A DNA stretch of 64,000 bases, from UHGV virus genome UHGV-0034108. One strand, given 5' to 3'. Below are positions 45,807 to 57,000 of this stretch, one piece after another. This DNA comes from a virus. The position numbers and the translations under genes are program-made. The first letter of the stretch is position 1; each line of letters begins with the position of its first letter. The notes beneath the pieces are model-generated. The model searched no databases. It worked only from the letters and a program-made list of their open reading frames with translations, and was not told the origin of the DNA.

Positions 45807-48086
45807 ATGGCAAAGTTTTTAGTAACAAGCGGCTCCACATTTGAGCCTTTCTCATATGACGAGCTTGTGAAGCCTGTAATTCTTGCACAAGAGGCACACA
45901 ATAAGACTCAGGATGCTTATGACCAATTGAGTCTTGAGACAAGTGCTTTACAAAGATATATTACAGATAAGCCGGACGATGCTGATGCCAAACAACTTTA
46001 TGACAATTACATGTCAAAGTTGAATACTTTGCAGAACAATCTGTGGAGTAATGGACTAGGTGCTCAGACTAAACGTGACTTATCGGCAGCAAAAACAGCT
46101 TATGCAAGCGATATAGCAAGGCTTCAAAAGGCAATCACTGCAAGACAGGAACGTAGTAAGGCTTACTGGGACATGAAACATCAGCATCCTGACCTTATTA
46201 TGGGGGCAGATCCCGGAGCAAGTGGTCTCGACAATTATCTTGGTAACGATAATTATGGCGCAGATTACTACAGCTACAGTGGAGATCAGCTGAGGCTGGA
46301 AGTTGCAGCTGATACTAAGGCTCTTGCTGGTGACATGGTTAGGAGTCTCGGATATGATAGGAAGAGTATTCCGGGTTACATCACTCGTATAGAGCAGACT
46401 GGATTCACAAGTGAAGAAGTTGCAAATGCGTATAATGCTGTAAAGGAGTCATATAATTCCGGAGATAGGTCATTTGAGAATCTTACGGAGCCAGAGAAAT
46501 TGCTTGCAAATACGCTTGCATCACACATTGATGCGACTGGAGCATATAAAAATGTTAGCGATTCTGAATTTGGGCGTCTGCTTGATTATGGCAGGGCAGG
46601 ACTTTCTCAAGCAATAGGTAAGATTGATAGAAAAGATTTCAGCGATAAGGTATGGGACTGGAGTATGCAGAGGCGTCTTGCCCAAATGAAGGCACCAAAA
46701 AGTAGTGGTAAAACAGAGACTGTAAGAACTCCGTATAGTTTTAACTCCCAAATGGTAAATTTCAAGACGGCAGGTTATGACAAACTTTCGAAGTCATTGA
46801 AAGGAGAATATAAGGCATATGAGGGTGGAGTTAAAATGCTTAAAGATGCAAATGGGGACTATACTGAAGTGTTTGATCCTTGGCAGATGGCGCAGATTGT
46901 GTTTAATCCGGGTGTAAGACAAGCAGCTCGCCGTGAATTTGGCGGTCTTGATGTGGCACTTCCTGGCAACAAAACAGGAAAGCTCGGTGAGCAGACAGGT
47001 CATATTGTCGATAGAAACGGAAAGGAGTGGGAGCTGAAGACACGTGACCTCTCAGATAAGGTATGCGACAGTCTCGGATTGCCTCATGGGAGTATCGGTA
47101 TTTATAGTAATGACCACTTGCAGGAGGGCATGACAAAGAGGTTCAATGAATACAAGATGGATTACGATAAACATGTTGCAGCTTATAAGGAGGCAAATCC
47201 TGACATGGATTTCGATGACATAGCTATAAGTCCAAAAAAAGAACGTGAACTCCGTGAGAAGTATGGTATAGACGCAGGCATAGATTCTTCAGATATTATG
47301 TCTGTTGTTATGACAAAGGAGAATGTTTCAGAACGTACTCCGTCAACATTAGTAAGTACGGATTCCGGTGATGATTATGCGCGAGAGAACTTTGGACGAT
47401 CACTTATAAGTTCGTTTCATAAGGCATCCTCTAACGGTACAGTATCAAAGGGTTCTCCATATGCTTTCTATCGCGTCGGGGAAGGCGGCATAGTTACGGA
47501 TCAGAAGGGGGTTACGGGTAGTAAGAAAGTATTTGGAGACAAGCCAGACCCTAAAACTATTACAGATATTATTGCTCTTCCTGAAGATATTGCAGCAGGA
47601 GCTGGACAGGGCAGACCTCAATTGCGTTTCTCAACCACGGCATCTAAAGGCATGTGGGCAACCGATGCCTCAATGTTCGGAAGTCAGGTATGGTCAGCTC
47701 TCAAGACTCCCCTTTATAATTCAGGTAGGTTCGCCGGATACACAACGTGTGATGTTGTTGATTATCTGATGATGCCATTGAAGCATCCTGATAGAATACT
47801 TCAAATGAGCGATAACATGTCGTCACAATGGGCTATGGGGATGTATGCGCTTCTGAATGATGCCTTTGGTTATCCGGAAGGACCTGTGGTGTATGAAGCA
47901 GATGGTACTCCAAATATGGTAACAGGAAAGGACATTGTCAGAAATCCTGAATTAAGGAGTGAACTCTATGATATGGCAGTACAGTATATAAACATAGCAC
48001 TTCGTGCAGCGAGGGATGAGAACAGCAGCAATCATCCACAGAACACAAGTAATAGCTCGACCAAGCCATCTACGTATATGGAATAG
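45807..48086 (+). CDS. Large virion protein (759 aa); cargo/ejection candidate
   Basis: Co-oriented ORF between tail genes and the giant proteins. Confidence 0.7.
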   Translation: MAKFLVTSGSTFEPFSYDELVKPVILAQEAHNKTQDAYDQLSLETSALQRYITDKPDDADAKQLYDNYMSKLNTLQNNLWSNGLGAQTKRDLSAAKTAYASDIARLQKAITARQERSKAYWDMKHQHPDLIMGADPGASGLDNYLGNDNYGADYYSYSGDQLRLEVAADTKALAGDMVRSLGYDRKSIPGYITRIEQTGFTSEEVANAYNAVKESYNSGDRSFENLTEPEKLLANTLASHIDATGAYKNVSDSEFGRLLDYGRAGLSQAIGKIDRKDFSDKVWDWSMQRRLAQMKAPKSSGKTETVRTPYSFNSQMVNFKTAGYDKLSKSLKGEYKAYEGGVKMLKDANGDYTEVFDPWQMAQIVFNPGVRQAARREFGGLDVALPGNKTGKLGEQTGHIVDRNGKEWELKTRDLSDKVCDSLGLPHGSIGIYSNDHLQEGMTKRFNEYKMDYDKHVAAYKEANPDMDFDDIAISPKKERELREKYGIDAGIDSSDIMSVVMTKENVSERTPSTLVSTDSGDDYARENFGRSLISSFHKASSNGTVSKGSPYAFYRVGEGGIVTDQKGVTGSKKVFGDKPDPKTITDIIALPEDIAAGAGQGRPQLRFSTTASKGMWATDASMFGSQVWSALKTPLYNSGRFAGYTTCDVVDYLMMPLKHPDRILQMSDNMSSQWAMGMYALLNDAFGYPEGPVVYEADGTPNMVTGKDIVRNPELRSELYDMAVQYINIALRAARDENSSNHPQNTSNSSTKPSTYME

Positions 48087-48135
48087 ACTTGTACTAATGG
48101 CAATTTATCAGTAAATTTGAAGAAACAAAAACTAT

Positions 48136-51100
48136 ATGGAAACCAAAGAGATACACAGTATTCTTGATAGTTATCAGACAGGAATGGCTCAGCCGGATGA
48201 GGATGTGCAGATTGAAGTTGGCGGAACTGCGCTTGAACAGCAGGCACCAGAACAGGAGGAGATTGCACAACCATCGTTCTATCAAAGAATGAGGCAAGGA
48301 ATAAGGACTAATCCTACAGTATCGGAGGACTACACCGAACAAGCGCTTGCATCGGGGTTCGGGACATCTAAATATGATACTGCTTATACTCCTGCAACTG
48401 ACGTTGAGCACAACAGGGCGCTTGGTCAGTCGTGGTTCGCTAAAGTCGGTACTGGTCTTGCAAAAGGTGGTGTCACTGCCCTGTCGACATTGATAAATAC
48501 AACCGCAGGTACTCTGTGGGGTGTAGGTTCTGGACTTTACGAACTTGCAGCAGATACAAACGGCAACGGTCGTAGCTTCATGGATACTCTTGATGCTGGT
48601 GTTAATAATTGGATATCTGAGCAGACTGTGAAGCTTCAGAATTGGAGTGAGGAGTTTTTCCCGAATTACAGGACACAGGAGGAGCGGGCTGATAAGTATC
48701 AGAAGGAGTGGTATAAACATATATATACAGGAAACTTCATCGGTGATTCTATATTGAAGAACTTCGGATTCACGATTGGTGCTATGGGCGGTGGTATGGC
48801 ATGGTCGAAGCTTCTTAGTAAGGCGATGAGCCGAAGACTTGCAGGAAACATAATGAAGGGTGTTGTTGCTGCTGCGGATGGGGATGAAGCGGCAACAGCA
48901 GAGCTGACACGTGCGTTGGAAGCTTTAAAGCGTGGTACAGTCGTCGGTGTAGATGCAAGTAAACTTTCCGGCAACATGCTGAAAGCAGCACGCCAACTGA
49001 ACAGAGCGGAAGCACGACTGCAACTTTACGGAGCGACAATATCTGCAATGGGAGAAGGAACAGTCGAGGGACTTATGGCTAAGGATGAGTTTCTTCAGGA
49101 ACAGAACACACGGATAGAACAGCAGTTCGCAGATGAGTATGCTGCTGCTGAACAGACAGTGCTTGCATCTGGTAATCCTGAGTTTGTCCGAAAGAGACTT
49201 TATATTCAGCCGGATGGAAGTCTTGAGCCGAGATTGGTTCTTACACCAAGAGGTGAGGAGGAACGCGACAGGTTAAGGCAGGAAGCTGCTGATAAGTATT
49301 CTGACCTCACACGATTTGCAGAAGAACAGGGAGAAAGGCTTGCATCTACAACATATCTTCTTAATCTTCCGATACTGACAGTATCCAATGTTATTCAGTT
49401 TGGTAGGCTTTTCTCCGGAGGATGGAAAACGAACAGGGCTAATGCTGTTCGTGGTAGAATGACTATCAATGGTGATGAGATTACAGGAGCATACAGACCG
49501 AAAGGTTCTGTGTGGGGAAGAACCATACTGAACTCACTGAAGGTAGCCGGGACAGAGAGTGCGGAGGAGATGCTTCAGGGAGTGGCATCGAGCGGTACGA
49601 AAGAGGTGGCGCGTCATAGACTGTCATCGTTCAATGATATGGGTTATGACGACGAGGCAACACATTCAGTCCGTTCATGGTTTTCAGATATGTATTCTGG
49701 TGGTGTGGAATACCTCGCTGATCCAAAGAACTGGCAGGAGGGATTTCTCGGTGCTCTGACTGGTTTGTTCGGGATACCGGGGAGGAAATGGCATGGTGGA
49801 ATACCTGAAGCTCTCAGAGATGCACGTGATGCCACGCGCTCATCCAAGGAAGCTGCGGACGCCTTGAACGCACGTGTGAACTCCAAGGAGTTTCAGGATC
49901 TGTGGAGAGGGTACATAAGGCATCTCAAGTTTGACAATGACATGGGGCGTGCCACGGCTGAGGATAACCAATATGCTTGGCATACTGCGAATGACGCACA
50001 GCTCATCAGTGATGTGATGATGTTCGCTGATGCAGGCAGGCTTGACGACCTTGATCAGCTTGTGTCTCATTATGGAAGTATTTTAGAAGCATCAGATGTA
50101 CAAGGAATACGCGAGATGCTGAAAGGAGATGGCAAGGCAGCAGATGACTTTGTGAAGAATGCGTCTGATATTGATATTGCCATGCGTGTGAAAAAGCAGG
50201 CAGATAAGATAAAGGAAACCATACATGAGTACAAAGATATGTATGATGCCTTATCAGCTCGTGCACCTATGGGAGCATCTGACGAGTTTCTTAGGGAACT
50301 TGTGTTTACGGCACAGCAGGTAAAAGCATTTGACAGACGCTTTCTTCAGATGTTAGGCGAAACGCTGACCGCGATTGATCCTTTCCTTGAGGCTATATCT
50401 TCTGTAAATACAGAGACAGGCGAGGCATTGACAGAGGAGGAATCAAAACAAAGGTATGAGGCTCTGCGCAATAATTACGAGAGGATATTTGCAGGAACTC
50501 TTATTCCGGTAAATCTTCCGAAAAATATGCAAAAAAGTATAGACGACTCTCTGAATCTACTTGACGAGACGACTAAAGACGATGCTGAATTGCATACGAA
50601 AATTACTGACATGAGGAAACTGGCGGATGATAGACGTAATTTTTATGAGAAGTTACGCACATTGCAGGAACCAAAGGCTCAGGAGAGATTTGAAGAGGAG
50701 GCCGTTACTCAGGAAAGGGTTGACGATGCTGCTGATGAGGCGGCGATTCAACAGGAGACAAATGAGCTTGATACTCTCGATAAGGTCAAGGAGTCATATT
50801 TCAAAATCATCAATGCTAAGGAACGTGCTCAGTATGCTGATGATCTGCGTAGGGTTGAGGACAGTAATCCGAGTGTGAAGAAGTTTCTTGAAATAAAGAG
50901 AAAATACGATGCATTTAGGAAGTATATCGAATCCAATCCTATAACGTCACCGGATATTACGGTAAATTATGCGATGACGTATGGTCTTGTAGATGATCTG
51001 TTGAGGAACGCAAAGAATCCAGAAGACTTCGATACACTTCCAGATTACATGTTCCCGAGTGAGGAGAACTTTGACAGTAGAAATACATCCATACTTGGAC

Positions 51101-53835
51101 TGAAAAGCCCTACAGCATATAAGAATGCTATAGCTGCTGTGCGGCAGTCGATGCAAGAGTTCCTTCAACTCGAAAGTGATACAGAAACAAGAAATACTAT
51201 AAGTCCGACACCGCTTGAGTTTACTCCTGCACCGGAAACGGTCTCTGAACCTACGGGACGTGATGCGGCACAACCGGGAAGCCTCGTTCCTACCCCTGAA
51301 CCTGAAAGAAAGGATGATAGTAGTATTGAGAAGCCGGAAGTATCTGTTACGTTCACAGGAAAAGCTGGGGACGAGAGAACAGCAACATATACGCTTAATA
51401 AAAATGGCAACGGTTTTGAGGCGGGTGTGAAAGAAGGCTCTAATAAACTTACCGTAGATGTGGCGGATATGATTGATGCAGGGCTTTCCGAAGGTGATTT
51501 CCTTGTAGTAGAGGGACTTAATGAGTCAGAATTTGAAAACGGAACTTTTGCTCTTGATACTGTAAATGTCGATAAAGATGGAGATGTTACTCTCAATGGA
51601 ACGATTAATGGGAAAACTGCCGGAATACTTGGCAGTAGAGGATCAGACACTAAGTCTGTTCTGAGAGCTATAGCACCGGAATTGGCTAAAGCTCTTGGAG
51701 TATCTGAAACTACCGAAACTGAAAGTTCTGAATCAGAGGAAGCAGAAGAAGATACACAGGTAGAATCAGAAGTAACTAAGGCTGAAGCTGGAGCTGCTGA
51801 GGCTGCCGCTTATGGTATGGTTCCAGATGTTCCGCAGAGTATGCAGGATGAGAGGTTGACTCCGAATGGGATACACTACCAGACTCCTTACTACAGAACC
51901 AGTGTTCCGGAAATTAGTACGACGGAGGCAAGGAAAGCAAGGGAAGCCATGAAAAATAGCTATTGGGATGCAAGAAGCAAGGCTGACTTGTCAGACTTTG
52001 TTCTTTCACATCCTGAGTATGCTCCTGTATGGAATGCTCTCGAACAGCGCGGGGCATTTAGGTACACAGCTACAAAACTGCGTGTCGGTGATGAGATACT
52101 GCTTGCCATAGATCCGACGTTTCCGAAGTATAAAGGTGAAGACCAGATACTTGTCTGTACGAGAGATTCAGATGGTAAGTTACAGGTGCTGAACACCCTA
52201 TCTTACCAAGGTAATCAGTACTTTGGCCTATACGCTCTGCGTGACAGAGTAAAGGCTGAATACGATAAATTCAGTAAAACAAACCCTAATGGTATATTCG
52301 TCTTCAGCAAGAAATCAAGAGTTTGGGGTCTACGTGGAGGCCTCATTGATTATGACTATTCGGGAAAGACTGAGAATGCAGTGAGCCAAATGGCTGGGCA
52401 TGAGGACGGTTCTGTAGTTTTCCTCAATCGTGAGATGTCGCCTGTTACCGTTGTAGGTGATGGCAGTTTGGCGGAAAATAACAGTGGAGTTCTTCAGAAT
52501 ATTATTGATAAATCAAAGCAAGCCGAGAAGGGTGACAAGGAAAAGAAAACCAGAGTAGGAACTCTTTACTTCCTCTCGCAGACTGGTAGAGGTGCTGTTC
52601 CTATTGCACTGAATGTCCGTCATTTTAACGAGGAGAATATGGAGACTGATACTCCGATATTCCAGAAGATAAGGGAGTCCATATCAAGGATTGCGGATAT
52701 TGTACGTGGAGTTGATATGATGCCTACAGTCCGTGAGTTCAATGACGTAGTTACCGAGCCTGTACTTAATACTGAGGGGAAACCTGTTCTTGATGAAAAT
52801 GGAAAGGAGACGACAAGAGAGAATACAGAAAAAGTTACGAGGACGGAAACTTGGGAGGAGTTTGGCGAACGTCAGAAAGTACAGATAGAGGAACAGAATA
52901 AAAAACTTCACGATGAACTCAAGACCCTACGTCAGGAACTTGACATCCATAAGTGGTTCTTTAATATCGAGGAGGTGAATGTCAAGAACGACGATGGCAC
53001 TACCGGAACGATGGTTGCTCTCCGAGTGAATAACGGAGCAGCCGCAGCTAAGGCGGGAGAACAGCAGAAGTCTTACCTCATCAGACCTAATCAGGCAACT
53101 GACAATCAGATGTTGAAGTTCTTTGCTAAACTTGATTGTACTGTTGATGTTAGGTTGCAGACGCCTAAGAAAGGAATTCAGGAGGCAGGGACTGCTGCTG
53201 ATATCGCAGCTGAAGCAGAGGCGCTTAGTGTTTTCAAAAATAGAGTGTCAGAACTTTTTAACGAGGGCGTTCTAACCACGAATGCAAGAACGTTGCATCC
53301 GAAGGGTACTGACTTCTACTTTGATGCGTGGGATGATACACAGCAGGAATTTAGACCTTTGACGACAGCTCAAGTTATGCTTCGTAAGGAGCAGGATAGG
53401 CAGGAAGTTGAGGAACAACAGATTGCAGAGAAGAATAATAGCGTTCCTGTAATTCCAGAGGGTGTTGAGAGTGTTGAGGAGATATTGAATGGTGATAAGG
53501 TAAATGCTTCTGATTATATACCAGATGATAGCTTGCTTTTTGGCGATGAATCTCAAAGTGGAGATGGTGCGGATATTGCAGGTATTCTGAATCAAAATTC
53601 TGAACGTGATGGTTATGCTAAAACTTCAGAAGAGTCAAAACATACTAATCCAGGAAAAACCGAATCTGAGCATAAATCTGAAGCAGATAGACAACTTGAC
53701 GAGATTATCACAAAGACTTATGACGAACTTGATGCAGCTGATAAGAAGTATCTTGAGAAGATGGGATATTCAGAGGAAACATATAATGCTATGACTCCTG
53801 AAGTACGACGGAAATTGTGGATATGTATGTTTTAA
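48136..53835 (+). CDS. Giant protein (1899 aa) with long acidic/coiled-coil regions; ejected cargo or polymerase-associated subunit candidate
   Basis: Uninterrupted 5.7-kb ORF preceded by a TAAATTTG -7-like box (48112-48119). Sits immediately upstream of the RNA-polymerase-like giant ORF. Confidence 0.8.
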   Translation: METKEIHSILDSYQTGMAQPDEDVQIEVGGTALEQQAPEQEEIAQPSFYQRMRQGIRTNPTVSEDYTEQALASGFGTSKYDTAYTPATDVEHNRALGQSWFAKVGTGLAKGGVTALSTLINTTAGTLWGVGSGLYELAADTNGNGRSFMDTLDAGVNNWISEQTVKLQNWSEEFFPNYRTQEERADKYQKEWYKHIYTGNFIGDSILKNFGFTIGAMGGGMAWSKLLSKAMSRRLAGNIMKGVVAAADGDEAATAELTRALEALKRGTVVGVDASKLSGNMLKAARQLNRAEARLQLYGATISAMGEGTVEGLMAKDEFLQEQNTRIEQQFADEYAAAEQTVLASGNPEFVRKRLYIQPDGSLEPRLVLTPRGEEERDRLRQEAADKYSDLTRFAEEQGERLASTTYLLNLPILTVSNVIQFGRLFSGGWKTNRANAVRGRMTINGDEITGAYRPKGSVWGRTILNSLKVAGTESAEEMLQGVASSGTKEVARHRLSSFNDMGYDDEATHSVRSWFSDMYSGGVEYLADPKNWQEGFLGALTGLFGIPGRKWHGGIPEALRDARDATRSSKEAADALNARVNSKEFQDLWRGYIRHLKFDNDMGRATAEDNQYAWHTANDAQLISDVMMFADAGRLDDLDQLVSHYGSILEASDVQGIREMLKGDGKAADDFVKNASDIDIAMRVKKQADKIKETIHEYKDMYDALSARAPMGASDEFLRELVFTAQQVKAFDRRFLQMLGETLTAIDPFLEAISSVNTETGEALTEEESKQRYEALRNNYERIFAGTLIPVNLPKNMQKSIDDSLNLLDETTKDDAELHTKITDMRKLADDRRNFYEKLRTLQEPKAQERFEEEAVTQERVDDAADEAAIQQETNELDTLDKVKESYFKIINAKERAQYADDLRRVEDSNPSVKKFLEIKRKYDAFRKYIESNPITSPDITVNYAMTYGLVDDLLRNAKNPEDFDTLPDYMFPSEENFDSRNTSILGLKSPTAYKNAIAAVRQSMQEFLQLESDTETRNTISPTPLEFTPAPETVSEPTGRDAAQPGSLVPTPEPERKDDSSIEKPEVSVTFTGKAGDERTATYTLNKNGNGFEAGVKEGSNKLTVDVADMIDAGLSEGDFLVVEGLNESEFENGTFALDTVNVDKDGDVTLNGTINGKTAGILGSRGSDTKSVLRAIAPELAKALGVSETTETESSESEEAEEDTQVESEVTKAEAGAAEAAAYGMVPDVPQSMQDERLTPNGIHYQTPYYRTSVPEISTTEARKAREAMKNSYWDARSKADLSDFVLSHPEYAPVWNALEQRGAFRYTATKLRVGDEILLAIDPTFPKYKGEDQILVCTRDSDGKLQVLNTLSYQGNQYFGLYALRDRVKAEYDKFSKTNPNGIFVFSKKSRVWGLRGGLIDYDYSGKTENAVSQMAGHEDGSVVFLNREMSPVTVVGDGSLAENNSGVLQNIIDKSKQAEKGDKEKKTRVGTLYFLSQTGRGAVPIALNVRHFNEENMETDTPIFQKIRESISRIADIVRGVDMMPTVREFNDVVTEPVLNTEGKPVLDENGKETTRENTEKVTRTETWEEFGERQKVQIEEQNKKLHDELKTLRQELDIHKWFFNIEEVNVKNDDGTTGTMVALRVNNGAAAAKAGEQQKSYLIRPNQATDNQMLKFFAKLDCTVDVRLQTPKKGIQEAGTAADIAAEAEALSVFKNRVSELFNEGVLTTNARTLHPKGTDFYFDAWDDTQQEFRPLTTAQVMLRKEQDRQEVEEQQIAEKNNSVPVIPEGVESVEEILNGDKVNASDYIPDDSLLFGDESQSGDGADIAGILNQNSERDGYAKTSEESKHTNPGKTESEHKSEADRQLDEIITKTYDELDAADKKYLEKMGYSEETYNAMTPEVRRKLWICMF

Positions 53836-54025
53836 AGTTTTAAATTATTCAAAAAAATGTCATTTACTGTTTTCATGTACATATACAAAGTTTGCTTCTA
53901 AAAAATTAGGTATAAAACTTCTATAAGTAGTATATATTGCCATATAAACATACGGACAATATACTATATTCTTTACTTTTTATAACAGAAATATTTATAA
54001 CTGCCGAGCGAATGCTTTGCGTAAG

Positions 54026-54033
54026 TATATTTG
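54026..54033 (+). promoter_or_regulatory. TATATTTG -7-like box in the 220-bp AT-rich spacer upstream of the giant RNA-polymerase ORF
   Basis: Matches the TAnnTTTG consensus. No canonical -33 TTTG at the right spacing. Confidence 0.3.
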
Positions 54034-54056
54034 TGCGTTTATAAACAGATATATTT

Positions 54057-57000
54057 ATGTTAGAGGTTTGCCCGTCACCGGTTTCGTATCAGAACGACCC
54101 GCGTTTTCAGAAACTAATGGAGTCATACAAGGATAGGCATTATCCAGCTCATTTTGTGATGATGTCTATTATAGATTGTCGTGAATACTATGATTATGAT
54201 GAGGACTGGATTCCGGATACTCCAGCAGAGAAAGCTGTCCTCACGAAGTACATCAAATATCACATGCTTAATCATAAGCTATCACGGACTGATTCGAAGA
54301 TGGATCAGGAGCATTATGAAGCAATGTATGACACGCTATATACAAACTTTACACCTCAACAACTAAACAATAGACTTGAACTTTTAGCTACAACATTCAG
54401 ACAAGTTGTAGATCTGAAAGAAGCCACTGATGTAACTGAGCGTTCTCGTAAAGATATAATAATGGCACAATCTAATGAAAGAGGAAATGCCTATGTTAAT
54501 ATCATGCGAGAGGTGTTTGATTTAATAGCAAAGGCAGCTAATTCTGTTACAATGTTTCATCGTCTTGCAAAGGGCATACCTGTTGGAGATCCTCGCAGAA
54601 TAGAACTTGCTCATAAGGCTAATGAAATCGCAGATAAGGCTATGCAAATGATTGATTTCAAGGAGCAACTTGTTGCTCTTGCTGCTCCGAGAATTGGTGA
54701 GATGGAAGGGTTTGCTGTAAGTGTGAAAGATATGAACGTGTCTTTTGACGAACAGGCAGATGAGGAGAGCGAGACTTTGTCAGAAGAGGGAGAATCAGCG
54801 ACTGACGGACAGGATACTGAAGAAGGAATGAAGGGAGAAAGGTACACTGATTTTCGTGTCTTGAAACTTATGGAAACATTATCTCCGAGGTGCCGAAGAT
54901 TTCTATCCACGATACGCAGAACTGATGCAAATGGTCATTATACTGTTGACGATATGCAGATGCCACAATATGTAGGAGGTAGGCAGGCTGCCATAGTTCT
55001 CCGCAGGGCATTGGTAAACTCCACCCCAGAAACTTTTATGTCAGACTTGGAAACTGCTGCTGAGAGAAATTCGTGGGTGAACGAACTTATCCGTAGGCTC
55101 AAGGCTGAACCGGATATGCAGGCTCTTGTCTATTGTGACATGAAGAAGGCTGAAAGTACTTATGTGTACGACAACTTCGTCGATGGAAAGCTTCTTCCAA
55201 GGATTGCCAACTCGCGTTCAGCCGGGTTTGTCCTGATGAGGGAAGCTGGAAACAATATGACCGGAGGATGGGTGCTTGATGAAAAGTACAGTCTGTATGA
55301 GCCGGATGGGACAATCGTTTCAAGGGAAAAACTTCGTGACATCGGAAAAGAGTTTGATGCTGTTGTTACTCCAGATATTAAAGAGGAACTTAGATTTATA
55401 AACCTTGTTAAAGGCGGCGACAGATTCTCACAGAAATATGTATGGCAGCAGACTGTGAATGCTTATGGTCCGGACAGCACAGCTGTCAAGTATGGTGCTG
55501 AACCTCGTTATTTGGATTATCTTCTCCTCGAACCTGTTGATGCAATGAAGGAATTTCTGCGGAGACATCCTGAGCTTCCAGAAAAACTCGCTCTCTTTGC
55601 GAGAGGTGCCGGGTTTGACATCACTGCTAATGATATTCGCGTGAGTGCAGTGCAGGAGATGACACAGAAGAGTTGGGAACTTCTTAGGGGTTTTGAGCAC
55701 AGACACGACAAGAAGGACAAGAACAAGCTGATTCAGATAATCCGTGGACTAAACAGCATGATAGGATATGCTCAGGCTACATACGATTATTATGGCGTAA
55801 GGACTGGGCAATACCTGTATAATACAGCTACATCAGCTATGAAGCTGCTGAACTCGTGCATTGCTCTGTCTAAGTATAATGAAGTTGAAAATCGAGTGCT
55901 TAACGAGGGTAAGACACTTTCTGCATACAACAACGTTAATCTTCTTCATCAAGTTGTAGATGATCTTTCTAATAAGAAGGGACTTGAGGAAGACGATTAC
56001 AATAAGATGATGGAGGATAAGTATCTTCAGTTCGAAGGAATGTCTCTTGGTTATGGTGATAAAAGAAAGGCTACCGGATGGTTAAAGCGACTTATTCAGC
56101 CTAATCCTAATCCTGCTCTTGACCATTGGCGCTCAAATGTAAAAGTTATTGACTGCATTGGCTATAATCATGTCGAATATTCAAAGATGACAACATCGCA
56201 AAAGCTCATCAATGCAATGGCTATGTACTTTGAGTCACAGCAGTTCGATAATATGCCTGCTTTTGAGGTCCCGATACAGTCGGACTACACTACTGCGTAT
56301 AACTTCATCACTATGTATGGCATAAATTACGATGCATATGAACCAGCTGTAGTAGTAGAGTTGGAGCGTCTTACTAAGGAGGCAGGTGATGATGAAGAAA
56401 AGAAGAAGGAGATAAAAGACTGGTACGACAAGATGATTAAATCAGACCATACTGAACTTCATCTTGATTTTGTATATACTTTAAATGAGCACAAGTATGT
56501 CTCTCGTCTGGTGGATGCACTTGCAGACGAGGTTCTTATAGAACTTGAAAGAATTGATGCAATAGAGAAGCGAGTAGCCGCAAGGGGTGAATTGCTTACG
56601 GTCTATGAAAGACAAGGTAGGAAGTTCCAGATATTCCCGGAGTTCAACGATAATGGTTTCCGTAAGAAGTACAGTGAATTTGCCGATGCACAGGAAGCAA
56701 GAGATTTTGTATGTGACCAAATTGCTGAACAGTTGCGGAAGGTACTTGATGCGGATATAGCAAAGATTGAACAGGAGAAAGTATTACAGCATCCTGCAAT
56801 GAAGCAGATAAAGGACCCGAATGGTTCTGGTGAAAATATGTATGCAGAGAACGGAACATTTGCTGAACTTCCTGTTGGATCTCAGCAAATGCTTGTTGGC
56901 TTCTGCCTCAACACTTTCTATGCTCGTCAGCAGATGATAAAGATTTTCACAGGCGGAATGGAGCAGTTCAATGGTCTTCTCGACTATGAGAAAAGAAACA

